DNA from: Mobula hypostoma
Lineage: Eukaryota
Direction of reading: 5' to 3'
NCBI RefSeq assembly: GCF_963921235.1
Contig: NC_086097.1
Coordinates: 240,996,001 to 241,060,000 of the forward strand
Length of the DNA: 64,000 bases
Shown here: positions 1 through 10,125 of the stretch, piece after piece
How positions within the stretch are numbered: position 1 is the first letter of the stretch
How the letters are laid out: every line of letters begins with the position of its first letter
Position numbers and translations under genes: made by a program
The notes under the pieces: generated by a model
Databases searched by the model: none
Seen by the model: only the letters and a program-made list of their open reading frames with translations
What the model was told of the DNA's origin: nothing

Positions 1-99
1 AGAGTGCCTTACACCTCCTTCTGGTGAGCTATTGCACGGCACCAACACCATGTATATCATATACAGACAGGATAACCAACGAAGAAGTTCTACAGAGAA

Positions 100-371
100 C
101 GAAAACAAAACGTACATTACTTTTAAAAGAAAATCAGAAAACAGCAAACAAAATTCTTCAGACACCATGCGAAGAGAGACATTAGAACATTTAGTTACAA
201 CTGGAAAGCTGGAAGGAAAAAGCAGAGGCAGACAGAGAATGAAAATGATAGATGGAATAGCATCGTGGTTAAAAACAGGGGAGGCAACAACTACAATTCG
301 AAGGGTCACCGACCGTGATGGATGGAGAGACATGATCGCCCACGCCGAACGGCAAGGCACCTGAATGAATG
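100..371 (+). mobile_element. RTE-clade LINE 3' end fragment
   Basis: ORF 32..364 ends in GKLEGKSRGRQRMKMIDGI...DRDGWRDMIAH, typical of RTE C-termini; a short (TGAA)n tail follows at 362-370. Confidence 0.65.
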
Positions 372-576
372 TGTTTCCCTTCTGTTGAGCTTTGCATGAA
401 ATGCAGGGTGCGGAATGCATGCAAAAATGCATTCTGATTTACTGATGCTTGAGTTATAGCTGCAGCTTCCAGGAAACTTCAGGTCCATGTCAATGTGCAG
501 TTGAGGGAAATGGCAACGCAAACAACAGGCGAGAGAGTGACAACAGGAGGTTAAGGCTACTTTCCACTGAGATAAT

Positions 577-1377
577 CCTCCAAGAGGACCACAACCTTGC
601 TGTGGTTTGGAGCTTTGTGTGCCTCAATGACCCAGAGAGCTACGTATGTTGGCTGGAGTCAGAGCTTTAGGCTTTGGCTCTTGGTGGGGGCACCCATGTC
701 AAACAGCAGTCCTCTGGGTTCCGGAGTTCAGATCAGGGCTAACAACCCTGAATGGTAAAAATGAAGTTTGCTAGAGTTCCATAGTTCAGCTCAGAGTCCA
801 GTAAACATCAAAGAGCAGCTATCTTAATCGGCCCGTACCTCACTTCGGGCGACCTTTTAGGACAGAAGGAAGGAGGAATTTTTTTAGCCAGACAGTTTTG
901 AACCTGTGGAATGCTCTGCCACAGACTGCGGTGGAGGCCAAGTCTGTGGGTATATTCAAAAATGGAAGTTGATAGATTCCTGATTGGTCAGGGCATCAAG
1001 GGATATGGAGAGAGGGTAGGTCTATGGGGTTGAATAGGATCTGGGATTAGCCATGATGAAATGGCAGAGCAGACTCGATGGGCTGAGTGGCCTAATACTG
1101 CTGCCATGTCTTATGATCTCATGACGCCCTGACCTTTCCAACACTTTGACCTTTTCAATCTGGCCCGGAGCTCAACTCTGTCTGAACGTCAAGAGGTATC
1201 CTGAATCCTTCTATATCTGAGTGCGATGGTATTCCTGAGTCTCCACCCAGGACCTGCATGACTGATAGTAGTGAAAATCAAGATGGAGCTACTGACATGA
1301 AGAAAGTCCTGAATATCACCAGAGATGGAGGGTCTAATGAAGACCCTCCAGCAGTGTTAATGGGCAGCAGATAAGTA
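577..1377 (+). mobile_element. Non-autonomous bipartite RTE-type element, copy 1, interrupted by a CR1 3' fragment
   Basis: Starts CCTCCAAGAGGACCACAACCTTG like the copies at 18033 and 56377; shared 3' part (CACCAGAGATGGAGG...TAATGGGCAG) at about 1250-1377. Confidence 0.65.
852..1122 (+). mobile_element. CR1 LINE 3' end fragment
   Basis: FFSQxVLNLWNALPQ-like coding relic and a CR1 3'UTR resembling 8470-8727. Confidence 0.8.
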
Positions 1378-1409
1378 GGGTTACTGAAAGAATAAAAGCC
1401 AAGTCAAAA

Positions 1410-1760
1410 TAATTATCAAAGTACGTAGATGTCACCATATACTAACATGAGATTCATTTTCCCGCAGGCATTTCCAGGAAGATAAGTCCTACTGTATTTC
1501 TTTATGGAAAACGATATATAATCAAGTACTGACAAACAACCAACATGCAAAAAAGACAAACTATGCAAATAAAAAATATAAATAATTAATATTGAGAAGA
1601 TGAGCTGTAGAGTCTTCGACAGAGAGTCCATAGGTTGTGGAATCAGTTCAGTGTTGAGGCAAGTGGAGTTATCCATGCTGGTTCAGGAGACTATGGCTGT
1701 CAGGTAATGACAGTTCCTGAAGTTCCTATCTGATGGTGGTAGCAAGAAGAGAGCAAGTAG
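1410..1760 (-). mobile_element. Rex1/Babar-type LINE 3' end fragment
   Basis: Similar to repeats at about 15250-15490, 43545-44630 and 47050-47540 that carry the LLPSGRRY-type C-terminus. Confidence 0.55.
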
Positions 1761-2804
1761 TACCCTGAAAACACATCCTTAAGAGTTGAATCCAATATCT
1801 TCCCAACCACTGAGGTCAGACTAACTGGTCCATAATTTCCTTCCCCTGCCTCTCTCCTTGAAGAGTGGAGTGACATTTGCAATTTTCCAGTCTTCCGGAA
1901 CCATTCCAGAATCCAGTGATTCTTGGAAGATCACAACCTCTTCAGCCACCTCTTTCAGAACCCTGGGGTGTACCTCATCTGGTCCAGATGACTTATCTAT
2001 GTTCAGACCTTCCAGTTTCCCCAAGAACCTTCTCTCTAGTTATAGTAACTTCACACACTTCATGACCCCTGACCCCTGGAACTTACACCATACTGCTAAT
2101 GTCTTCCACAGAGAAGACTGACACAAAATACTGATTCAGGTCATCCGCTATTTCATTGTCCCCATTACTACCTCTCCAGCATAGATTTCCAGCAGTCCAA
2201 TATGCACTTACGCCTCTTTTACACTTAATGTATCTGAAGAAACTTCTGGAATCCTTTTTAATATTGTACTTTTGTATTCCTTCTTTACCTTTTTAATGAC
2301 TTGTTAGCTGCCTTCTGATGTTTTTATTTTTAAAGCTTCCCAATCTGCTAACTTCCCACTAATCTTCACTGTATTATGTGGTCTCTCTTTGGCTTTTATG
2401 TTGCCTTTGACTTCTCTTGTCAGCCATAGTTGTGTGAACTTTCCTTTAGAATACTGTTTCCTGTTTGGGATGTATATATCCTGTGCCTTCTGAATTACTT
2501 CCAGAAATTCCAGTCATTGCTGCTCTTCTGTCAACCCTGATTCTTTCCCAATCAATTCTGGCCAAGTCTTCTCTCATGCCTCTGTAATTCCCTTTAGTCC
2601 ATTGTAATACAGATACATCTGACATTAGCTTCTTCCTCTCAAATTTCAGGGTGAATTCTATCACTAGCCTCTAAGCGTTTTTGTTTTACTCTAAGTTCTC
2701 TAATCAATTCTGGTTCATTGCACAACAGCTGATGCTCTAGTGGGCTCAACCACAAGTTGCTCTAAAAAGCCATCTTGTAGGCACTCTGAAAATTCCCCCT
2801 CCTG

Positions 2805-4087
2805 TAATTTAGAGAATAATTGTCTGATCAGGGACAGTCAGCATGGCTTTGTGAAGGGCAGATCGCGTCTAACAAGCCTGATAGAGTTCATTGAGGAGGT
2901 GACCAAGCATATAGATGAGGGTAGTGCAGTGGATGTGATCTATATGGATTTTAGTAAGGCATTTGACAAGGTTCCACACTGTAGGCTTATTCAGAAAGTC
3001 AGAAGACATGGGACCCAGTGAAGTCTGGCCAGGTGGATTCAGAATTGGCTTGCCTGCAGAAAGCAGAGGGTCATGTTGGAGGGAGTACATTCAGATTGGA
3101 GGGTTGTGACTAGTGGTGTCCCACAAGGATCAGTTCTGGGACCTCTACTTTTCGTGATTTTTATTAATGACCTGGATGTGGGGGTAGAAGCGTGGTTTGG
3201 CAAGTTTGCAGATGACACAAAGGTTGGTGGTGTTGTAGATAGTGTAGAGGATTGTCAAAGATTGCAGAGAGACATTGATAAGATGCAGAAGTGGGCTAAG
3301 AAGTGGCGGATGGAGTTCAACCCGGAGAAGTGTGAGGTGGTACGCTTTGGAAGGACAAACTCCAAGGCAGAGTACAAAGTAAATGGCAGGATACTTGGTA
3401 GTGTGGAGGAGCAGAAGGATCTGGGGGTATACGTCCACAGATCTCTGAAAGTTGCCTCACAAGTAGATAGGGTAGTTAAGCTTATGGAGTGTTAGCTTTC
3501 ATAAATCGAGGGATAGAGTTTAAGAGTCGTGAGGTAATGATGCAGCTCTGTAAAACTCTGGTTAGGCCACACTTGGAGTACTGTGTCCAGTTCTGGTCAC
3601 CTCACTATAGGAAGGATGTGGAAGTATTGGAAAGGGTACAGAGGAGATTTCCCAGGATGCTGCCTGGTTTAGAGAGTATGGATTATAATCAGAGATTAAG
3701 GGAGCTAGGGCTTTACTCTCTAGAGAGGAGGAGGATGAAAGGAGACATGATAGAGGTAAGACAGTAAGAAAAATAGATAGAGTGGACAGCCAGTGCCTCT
3801 TCCCCAGGGCACCACTGCTCAATACAAGAGGACATGGCTTTAAAGTAAGGGGTGGGAAGTTCAAGGGGGATATTAGAGGAAGGTTTTTTACTCAGAGAGT
3901 GGCTGGAGTATGGAATGCACTGCCTGAGTCAGCGGTGGAGGCAGATACACTAGTGAAATTTAAGAGACTACTAGAAAGGTATATGGAGGAACTTAAGGTG
4001 GGGGTGGGGATATATGAGAGGCAGGGTTTAAGGGTCGGCACAACATTATGGGCTGAAGGGCCTATACTGCGCCGTACTGTTCTATGT
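2805..4087 (+). mobile_element. 5'-truncated CR1 LINE (RT domain with stops and frameshifts)
   Basis: SQHGFVKG, GVPQGSVLGP, FADDTK and HLEYCVQFWSP motifs spread over several frames; TTCTATG tail; possible TAAT duplication at 2805-2808 and 4088-4091. Confidence 0.92.
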
Positions 4088-4689
4088 TAATCCAGTGCCA
4101 ACCTGATTTTCCCCAATCTACCTGCATTTTGAAGTCCCCCATGACTATTGTAACATTGTCCTTTTGGCATACATTTCCAGTACTGTATACTGGCATTCAG
4201 ATACAATACCTTTTCAGCCCTGTATTCACCCTTTTCGATTTTGTCGCACCACGCTCAACCTTTTGATTCTTAACTTTGTCTGAGGTCTTACCAACGTCTG
4301 CCTCCACAACCTCTCCAACTAATTGTTCTGATACTCTGGTTCCCATCCCCCGCAACTCTAGTTTAAACCTTTTCTCTAGGATATTAGTCCCCCTCCAGTT
4401 CAGGTGCAAACCATCCCTTCTGTACAGGTCCCATCTTCCCTGGAAGGAAGCCCAATGATCCAAAAATCTTATGCCCTCCCTGCTACACCAACTTCTTAGC
4501 TACATATTATACTGCATAATCTTCCTAGTTCTAGCCTCAGAGAGCGGGCAGCGTAGTTTGCGGGCAGCGGAGTGAATCGGGAGCAGAGTGAAGACTTAAG
4601 GGCTTCGGCTCACCGGGCTTAGGCGGAAGCGGGCGAGGCGAGGAAGGTTTGACATTCATTTTCTGTTGCTATTTGAGGAGAGGGGCATT

Positions 4690-5625
4690 ATGACTGTGAG
4701 GGCAGTTTGCTGTTCTCGGTGTCGGATGTGGGAGGCCCTGGAGTCTCCAAGCCTCCCGGACGTCTACATCTGCGCCAACTGCATCGAGATGCAGATCCTA
4801 AGGGACCGCGTTACGGAACTGGAGCTGCAGCTCGATGACCTTCGTCTGGTCAGGGAGAGCGAGGAGGTGATAGAGAGGAGTGGAAGGCAGGTGGTCACGC
4901 CGGGGCCACGGGAGGCAGACAAGTGGGTCACGGTTAGGAGGGGGAAGGGGAAAAGGAAGGTGATGGGGAGTACCCCGGCGGCTGTGCCCCTTAACAACAG
5001 GTTCTCCTGTTTGAGTACTGTTGGGGGGGACAGCTTACCCGGGGGAAGCGACAGTGGCCCTGCCTCCGGCACAGAGTCTGGCCCTGTAGCTCAGAAGGGT
5101 AGGGCAAGGAAGAGGAGGGCAGTTGTGATAGGGGACTCGATAGTAAGGGGGTCAGATAGGCGATTCTGTGGACGCAGTCCAGAGACTCGGATGGTAGTTT
5201 GCCTCCCTGGTGCCAGGGTCCGGGATATTTCTGATCGTGTCCAAGATATCCTGAAGTGGGAGGGTGAAGAGCCAGAGGTCCTGGTACATATAGGTACCAA
5301 TGACATAGGTAGGAAAAGGGATGAGGTCCTGAAAGAAGAATATAGGGAGCTAGGAAGGGAGTTGAGAAAAAGGACCGCAAAGGTAGTAATCTCGGGATTA
5401 CTGCCTGTGCCACGCGACAGTGAGAGTAGGAATGCGATGAGGTGGAGGATAAATGCGTGGCTGAGGGATTGGAGCAGGGGGCAGGGATTCAAGTTTTTGG
5501 ATCATTGGGACCTCTTTTGGCGCAGGTGTGACCTGTACAAAAAGGACGGGTTACACTTAAATCCTAGGGGGACCAATATCCTGGCAGGGAGATTAGCGGG
5601 GGCTACTGAGGTGACTTTAAACTAG
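4690..5625 (+). CDS. CR1 ORF1 protein, 311 aa: CxxC/CxxC zinc finger, leucine zipper, SGNH/GDSL-type esterase
   Basis: First ATG at 4690 (in frame with track ORF 4666..5625); CSRC...CANC, LRDRVTELELQLDDL, VIGDSIVRG, HIGTND and DGLHLN motifs. Confidence 0.93.
   Translation: MTVRAVCCSRCRMWEALESPSLPDVYICANCIEMQILRDRVTELELQLDDLRLVRESEEVIERSGRQVVTPGPREADKWVTVRRGKGKRKVMGSTPAAVPLNNRFSCLSTVGGDSLPGGSDSGPASGTESGPVAQKGRARKRRAVVIGDSIVRGSDRRFCGRSPETRMVVCLPGARVRDISDRVQDILKWEGEEPEVLVHIGTNDIGRKRDEVLKEEYRELGRELRKRTAKVVISGLLPVPRDSESRNAMRWRINAWLRDWSRGQGFKFLDHWDLFWRRCDLYKKDGLHLNPRGTNILAGRLAGATEVTLN
5616..5625 (+). promoter_or_regulatory. Putative -1 ribosomal frameshift slippery site T_TTA_AAC followed by the ORF1 stop TAG
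   Basis: X_XXY_YYZ heptamer in ORF1 phase; a -1 shift enters the ORF2 frame, which is open from 5610. Confidence 0.7.
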
Positions 5626-5630
5626 AATGG

Positions 5631-8630
5631 TTGGGGGGTGGGAATCAAATTAAAGCGGCTAGGTGTGAGGAGGTTAGTTCACAACAGAGGGATGGGAACC
5701 AGTGCAGAGAGACAGAGGGGTGTAAAGTGAGCGTAGAAGCAAAAAGTACAAAGGGGAAAAGTAAAAGTGGCAGGCCGACAAATCCAGGGCAAGCATTAAA
5801 AAGGGCTAAGAGAGTTGTAAAAGAGCGCCTGAAGGCTTTATGTGTCAATGCAAGGAGCATTCGTAATAAGGTGGATGAATTGAAAGTGCAGATTGTTATT
5901 AATGATTATGATATAGTTGGGATCACAGAGACATGGCTCCAGGGTGACCAGGGATGGGAGCTCAACGTTCAGGGATATTCAATATTCAGGAGGGATAGAC
6001 ACGAAGGAAGGGGAGGTGGGGTGGCGTTGCTGGTTAAAAAAGAGATTAACGCAATAGAAAGGAAGGACATAAGCCGGGAAGATGTGGAATCGATATGGGT
6101 AGAGCTGCGTAACACTAAGGGGCAGAAGACGCTGGTGGGAGTTGTGTACAGGCCACCTAACAGTAGTAGTGAGGTCGGAGATGGTATTAAACAGGAAATT
6201 AGAAATGTGTGCAATAAAGGAACAGCAGTTATAATGGGTGACTTCAATCTACATGTAGACTGGGTGAACCAAATTGGTAAAGGTGCTGAGGAAGAGGATT
6301 TCTTGGAATGTATGCGGGATGGTTTTTTGAACCAACATGTCGAGGAACCGACTAGAGAGCAGGCTATTCTGGACTGGGTTTTGAGCAATGAGGAAGGGTT
6401 AATTAGCGATCTTGTCGTGAGAGGCCCCTTGGGGAAGAGTGACCATAATATGGTGGAATTCTTCATTAACATGGAGAGTGACGTAGTTAATTCAGAAACA
6501 AAGGTTCTGAACTTAAAGAGGGGTAACTTTGAAGGTATGAGACATGAATTAGCTAAGATAGACTGGCAAATGACACTTGAAGGATTGACGGTGGATATGC
6601 AATGGCAGGCATTTAAAGGTTGCATGGATGAACTACAACAATTGTTCATCCCAGTTTGGCAAAAGAATAAATCAAGGAAGGTAGTGCACCCGTGGCTGAC
6701 AAGAGAAATTAGGGATAGTATCAATTCCAAAGAAGTAGCATACAAATTAGCCAGAGAAAGTGGCTCACCTGAGGACGGGGAGAAATTCAGAGTTCAGCAG
6801 AGGAGGACAAAGGGCTTAATTAGGAAGGGGAAAAAAGATTATGAGAGAAAACTGGCAGAGAACATAAAAACGGACTGTAAAAGCTTTTATAGATATGTAA
6901 AAAGGAAAAGACTGATAAAGACAAATGTAGGTCCCCTGCAAACAGAAACAGGTGAATTGATTATGGGGAGCAAGGACATGGCAGACCAATTGAATAATTA
7001 CTTTGGTTCTGTCTTCACTAAGGAGGACATAAATAATCTTCCAGAAATAGTAAGGGACAGAGGGTCCAGTGAGATGGAGGAACTGAGCGAAATACATGTT
7101 AGTAGGGAAGTGGTGTTAGGTAAATTGAAGGGATTGAAGGCAGATAAATCCCCAGGGCCAGATGGTCTGCATCCCAGAGTGCTTAAGGAAGTGGCCCAAG
7201 AAATAGTGGATGCATTAGTGATAATTTTTCAAAACTCGTTAGATTCTGGACTAGTTCCTGAGGATTGGAGGGTGGCTAATGTAACCCCACTTTTTAAAAA
7301 AGGAGGGAGAGAGAAACCGGGGAATTATAGGCCGGTTAGCCTAACGTCGGTGGTGGGGAAACTGCTGGAGTCAGTTATCAAGGATGTGATAACAGCACAT
7401 TTGGAAAGCGGTGAAATGATCGGACAAAGTCAGCATGGATTTGTGAAAGGAAAATCATGTCTGACGAATCTCATAGAATTTTTTGAGGATGTAACTAGTA
7501 GAGTGGATAGGGGAGAACCAGTGGATGTGGTATATTTGGATTTTCAAAAGGCTTTTGACAAGGTCCCACATAGGAGATTAGTGTGCAAACTTAAAGCACA
7601 CGGTATTGGGGGTAAGGTATTGGTGTGGGTGGAGAATTGGTTAGCAGACAGGAAGCAAAGAGTGGGAATAAACGGGACCTTTTCAGAATGGCAGGCGGTG
7701 ACTAGTGGGGTACCGCAAGGCTCAGTGCTGGGACCCCAGTTGTTTACAATATATATTAATGACTTGGATGAGGGAATTAAATGCAGCATCTCCAAGTTTG
7801 CGGATGACACAAAGCTGGGTGGCAGTGTTAGCAGTGAGGAGGATGCTAAGAGGATGCAGGGTGACTTGGATAGGTTGGGTGAGTGGGCAAACTCATGGCA
7901 GATGCAATTTAATGTGGATAAATGTGAAGTTATCCACTTTGGTGGCAAAAATAGGAAAACAGATTATTATCTGAATGGTGGCCGATTAGGAAAAGGGGAG
8001 GTGCAACGAGACCTGGGTGTCATTATACACCAGTCATTGAAAGTGGGCATGCAGGTACAGCAGGCGGTGAAAAAGGCGAACGGTATGCTGGCATTTATAG
8101 CGAGAGGATTCGAGTACAGGAGCAGGGAGGTACTACTGCAGTTGTACAAGGCCTTGGTGAGACCACACCTGGAGTATTGTGTGCAGTTTTGGTCCCCTAA
8201 TCTGAGGAAAGACATCTTTGCCATAGAGGGAGTACAAAGAAGGTTCACCAGATTGATTCCTGGGATGGCAGGTCTTTCATATGAAGAAAGACTGGATGAA
8301 CTGGGCTTGTACTCGTTGGAATTTAGAAGATTGAGGGGGGATCTGATTGAAACGTATAAGATCCTAAAGGGATTGGACAGGCTAGATGCGGGAAGATTGT
8401 TCCCGATGTTGGGGAGGTCCAGAACGAGGGGTCACAGTTTGAGGATAGAGGGGAAGCCTTTTAGGACCGAGGTTAGGAAAAACTTCTTCACACAGAGAGT
8501 GGTGAATCTGTGGAATTCTCTGCCACAGCAAACTGTTGAGGCCAGTTCATTAGCTATGTTTAAAAGGAAGTTAGATATGGCCCTTGTGGCTACAGGGGTC
8601 AGGGGGTATGGAGGGAAGGCTGGGTTCTGA
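5631..8630 (+). CDS. CR1 ORF2: AP endonuclease plus reverse transcriptase; no upstream ATG, frame open from 5610
   Basis: 999 codons without a stop; NARS, ITETW, YRPP, MGDFN and SDH endonuclease motifs; YRPVSLTS, PQGSVLGP and FADD RT motifs. The track start is TTG and the first in-frame ATG is at 6234. Confidence 0.95.
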   Translation: MGGGNQIKAARCEEVSSQQRDGNQCRETEGCKVSVEAKSTKGKSKSGRPTNPGQALKRAKRVVKERLKALCVNARSIRNKVDELKVQIVINDYDIVGITETWLQGDQGWELNVQGYSIFRRDRHEGRGGGVALLVKKEINAIERKDISREDVESIWVELRNTKGQKTLVGVVYRPPNSSSEVGDGIKQEIRNVCNKGTAVIMGDFNLHVDWVNQIGKGAEEEDFLECMRDGFLNQHVEEPTREQAILDWVLSNEEGLISDLVVRGPLGKSDHNMVEFFINMESDVVNSETKVLNLKRGNFEGMRHELAKIDWQMTLEGLTVDMQWQAFKGCMDELQQLFIPVWQKNKSRKVVHPWLTREIRDSINSKEVAYKLARESGSPEDGEKFRVQQRRTKGLIRKGKKDYERKLAENIKTDCKSFYRYVKRKRLIKTNVGPLQTETGELIMGSKDMADQLNNYFGSVFTKEDINNLPEIVRDRGSSEMEELSEIHVSREVVLGKLKGLKADKSPGPDGLHPRVLKEVAQEIVDALVIIFQNSLDSGLVPEDWRVANVTPLFKKGGREKPGNYRPVSLTSVVGKLLESVIKDVITAHLESGEMIGQSQHGFVKGKSCLTNLIEFFEDVTSRVDRGEPVDVVYLDFQKAFDKVPHRRLVCKLKAHGIGGKVLVWVENWLADRKQRVGINGTFSEWQAVTSGVPQGSVLGPQLFTIYINDLDEGIKCSISKFADDTKLGGSVSSEEDAKRMQGDLDRLGEWANSWQMQFNVDKCEVIHFGGKNRKTDYYLNGGRLGKGEVQRDLGVIIHQSLKVGMQVQQAVKKANGMLAFIARGFEYRSREVLLQLYKALVRPHLEYCVQFWSPNLRKDIFAIEGVQRRFTRLIPGMAGLSYEERLDELGLYSLEFRRLRGDLIETYKILKGLDRLDAGRLFPMLGRSRTRGHSLRIEGKPFRTEVRKNFFTQRVVNLWNSLPQQTVEASSLAMFKRKLDMALVATGVRGYGGKAGF

Positions 8631-9964
8631 GTTGGATGATCAGCCATGATCATAATAAATGGCGGTGCAGGCTCGAAGGGCCGAATGGCCTACTCCTGCA
8701 CCTATTTTCTATGTTTCTATGTTTCTAACTGGTACATGGCACGGGTAGCAATCTTGAGATCGCAACCCTGGAGGTCCTGCCCTTTAACTCAGCACCTGAC
8801 TCCTTACGCAGAGCCTCATCACTCATCCTACCCATATCATTGGTACCTATAGTGGGCCACAACATTTGGCTGTTTACCCTCCCATTTAGGAACGCCGAGG
8901 ACTCGATCTGAGAAATCCCAGACTCTGGCACCCGAGAAGCAACATGCCATCCAGGAACCTTGTCCTCACCCACAAAACCTCCTGTCCATTCTCCTAACTA
9001 ACGAATCCCCTAATCACCACAGCGTGCCTCTTCTTCCCCTTCCCTGTCTGAGTCACAGGCAGATTCGGTGCCAGAGACCTAACCACTGTGACTTTCCTGT
9101 TAGATCATACCCTAGACAGTATCCAAAGTGATATACCCGTTATTGAGGGGAATGGCCACAGGGGTACTCTGCACTGACTCCTTAACTCCTTTCCCATTCC
9201 TGACTGTCAGCCAGATCCCCGTGCAACTGTCTCTCTATACGTCCTGTCTATCAGCCCTTCAGCCTCTCAAGTGATCTGGATTTCATCCGGTTCCAGCTCG
9301 AGCTCTTTAACGCAGTTTGTTAGAAGCTGCAGCTGGATGTACTTCTCGCAGGTGTAGTCATCAGGGATACCGGAGATCTCCCTGCTTTCCCAAATCCTGC
9401 AAGAGGAGCATTCCACTATCCTGCCTGTCATCGCTACCTAGCTGACCAGATATAAAGAGAAGGAAAAAACTTGAGCTTTTCTTTCCTTTGCTTTCTCTGA
9501 ATGAAGCCTTGAAGAGCCAAAACCTTAAGATCACCACTCCGACTATGTCTACTCGGACAAAGGCCACTGCCTTCCTTTAGTTTGCTCTTACTAATCAATC
9601 GCAAATGCCAACTGGCCGCGGGTGAAAGCTCTATTATGCTGCTGCGAATCGCTCCTGCCTTTTATCCTCGGAGTGGACCCTCCACTCCAAACTTCCAACA
9701 ATCGGATTGGCCACCGGTAACGAATCCTCATCGGGCACTCCAAGGAAGACAGTGAGGAAAGTTGTATTCAGGTTGAGTTGTCTAACTGTTGTTCATCAAC
9801 TGTTACGTTTTAATGTAAAGTTACATTATAGAATAGAGAATATAGGTTCTTCAGACAACAATGTTGTGCCAACCTTTCAACCTACTCCCAAGATTAATCT
9901 AACCTTGCCTTCCCACATAGCCCTCCATTCATTTTTTTTTAAAAAACCTATGAGATCAGAACAG

Positions 9965-10125
9965 TACAGTGGCGTAGCAATAAGCATAATGCCTTACTGC
10001 ACCAGCAATTGAAGTTCAATTCCCGCCGCTGTCTGAAAAGAGTTTGTATGTTCTCACCGTGACTACGTGAGTTTCCTTCAGGTGCTCCAGTTTCCTCCAG
10101 CATTCCAAAGATGTATAGTTAGGGA
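9965..10125 (+). mobile_element. V-domain tRNA-derived SINE (HE1-like)
   Basis: tRNA-like head plus the V-domain GAGTTTGTATGTTCTC...GGTGCTCCAGTTTCCTCC. Confidence 0.7.

Larger units (their letters stand above)
4540..8727 (+). mobile_element. Full-length, apparently intact CR1 LINE (~4.19 kb)
   Basis: CpG-rich 5'UTR, uninterrupted ORF1 and ORF2, 3'UTR inverted repeat GGTGCAGG/CCTGCACC and (TTTCTATG)n tail; the host sequence resumes at 8728. Confidence 0.96.
1761..9430 (-). mobile_element. Old degraded CR1 LINE, split into three pieces (1761-2804, 4092-4539, 8728-~9430) by two younger CR1 insertions
   Basis: Minus-strand ORF2 relics (DKSSGPDEVHPRVLKEVAEE, NYGPVSLTSVVGK), esterase relics (DGLHLN at ~4400, IGTNDMG at ~8840) and an ORF1 zinc-finger relic at ~9300-9420; the sequence is continuous across both insertions. 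Confidence 0.85.

Noticed and set aside
5627..5653. ATG just after the ORF1 stop (TAGAATG) as an ORF2 reinitiation codon
   Set aside because: It is in the wrong frame, stops after 8 codons and is absent from the older CR1 junction
5969..6745. 258-aa antisense ORF and other ORFs overlapping CR1 or TRPS1 exons
   Set aside because: Shadow ORFs of real coding sequence, with no recognisable domains
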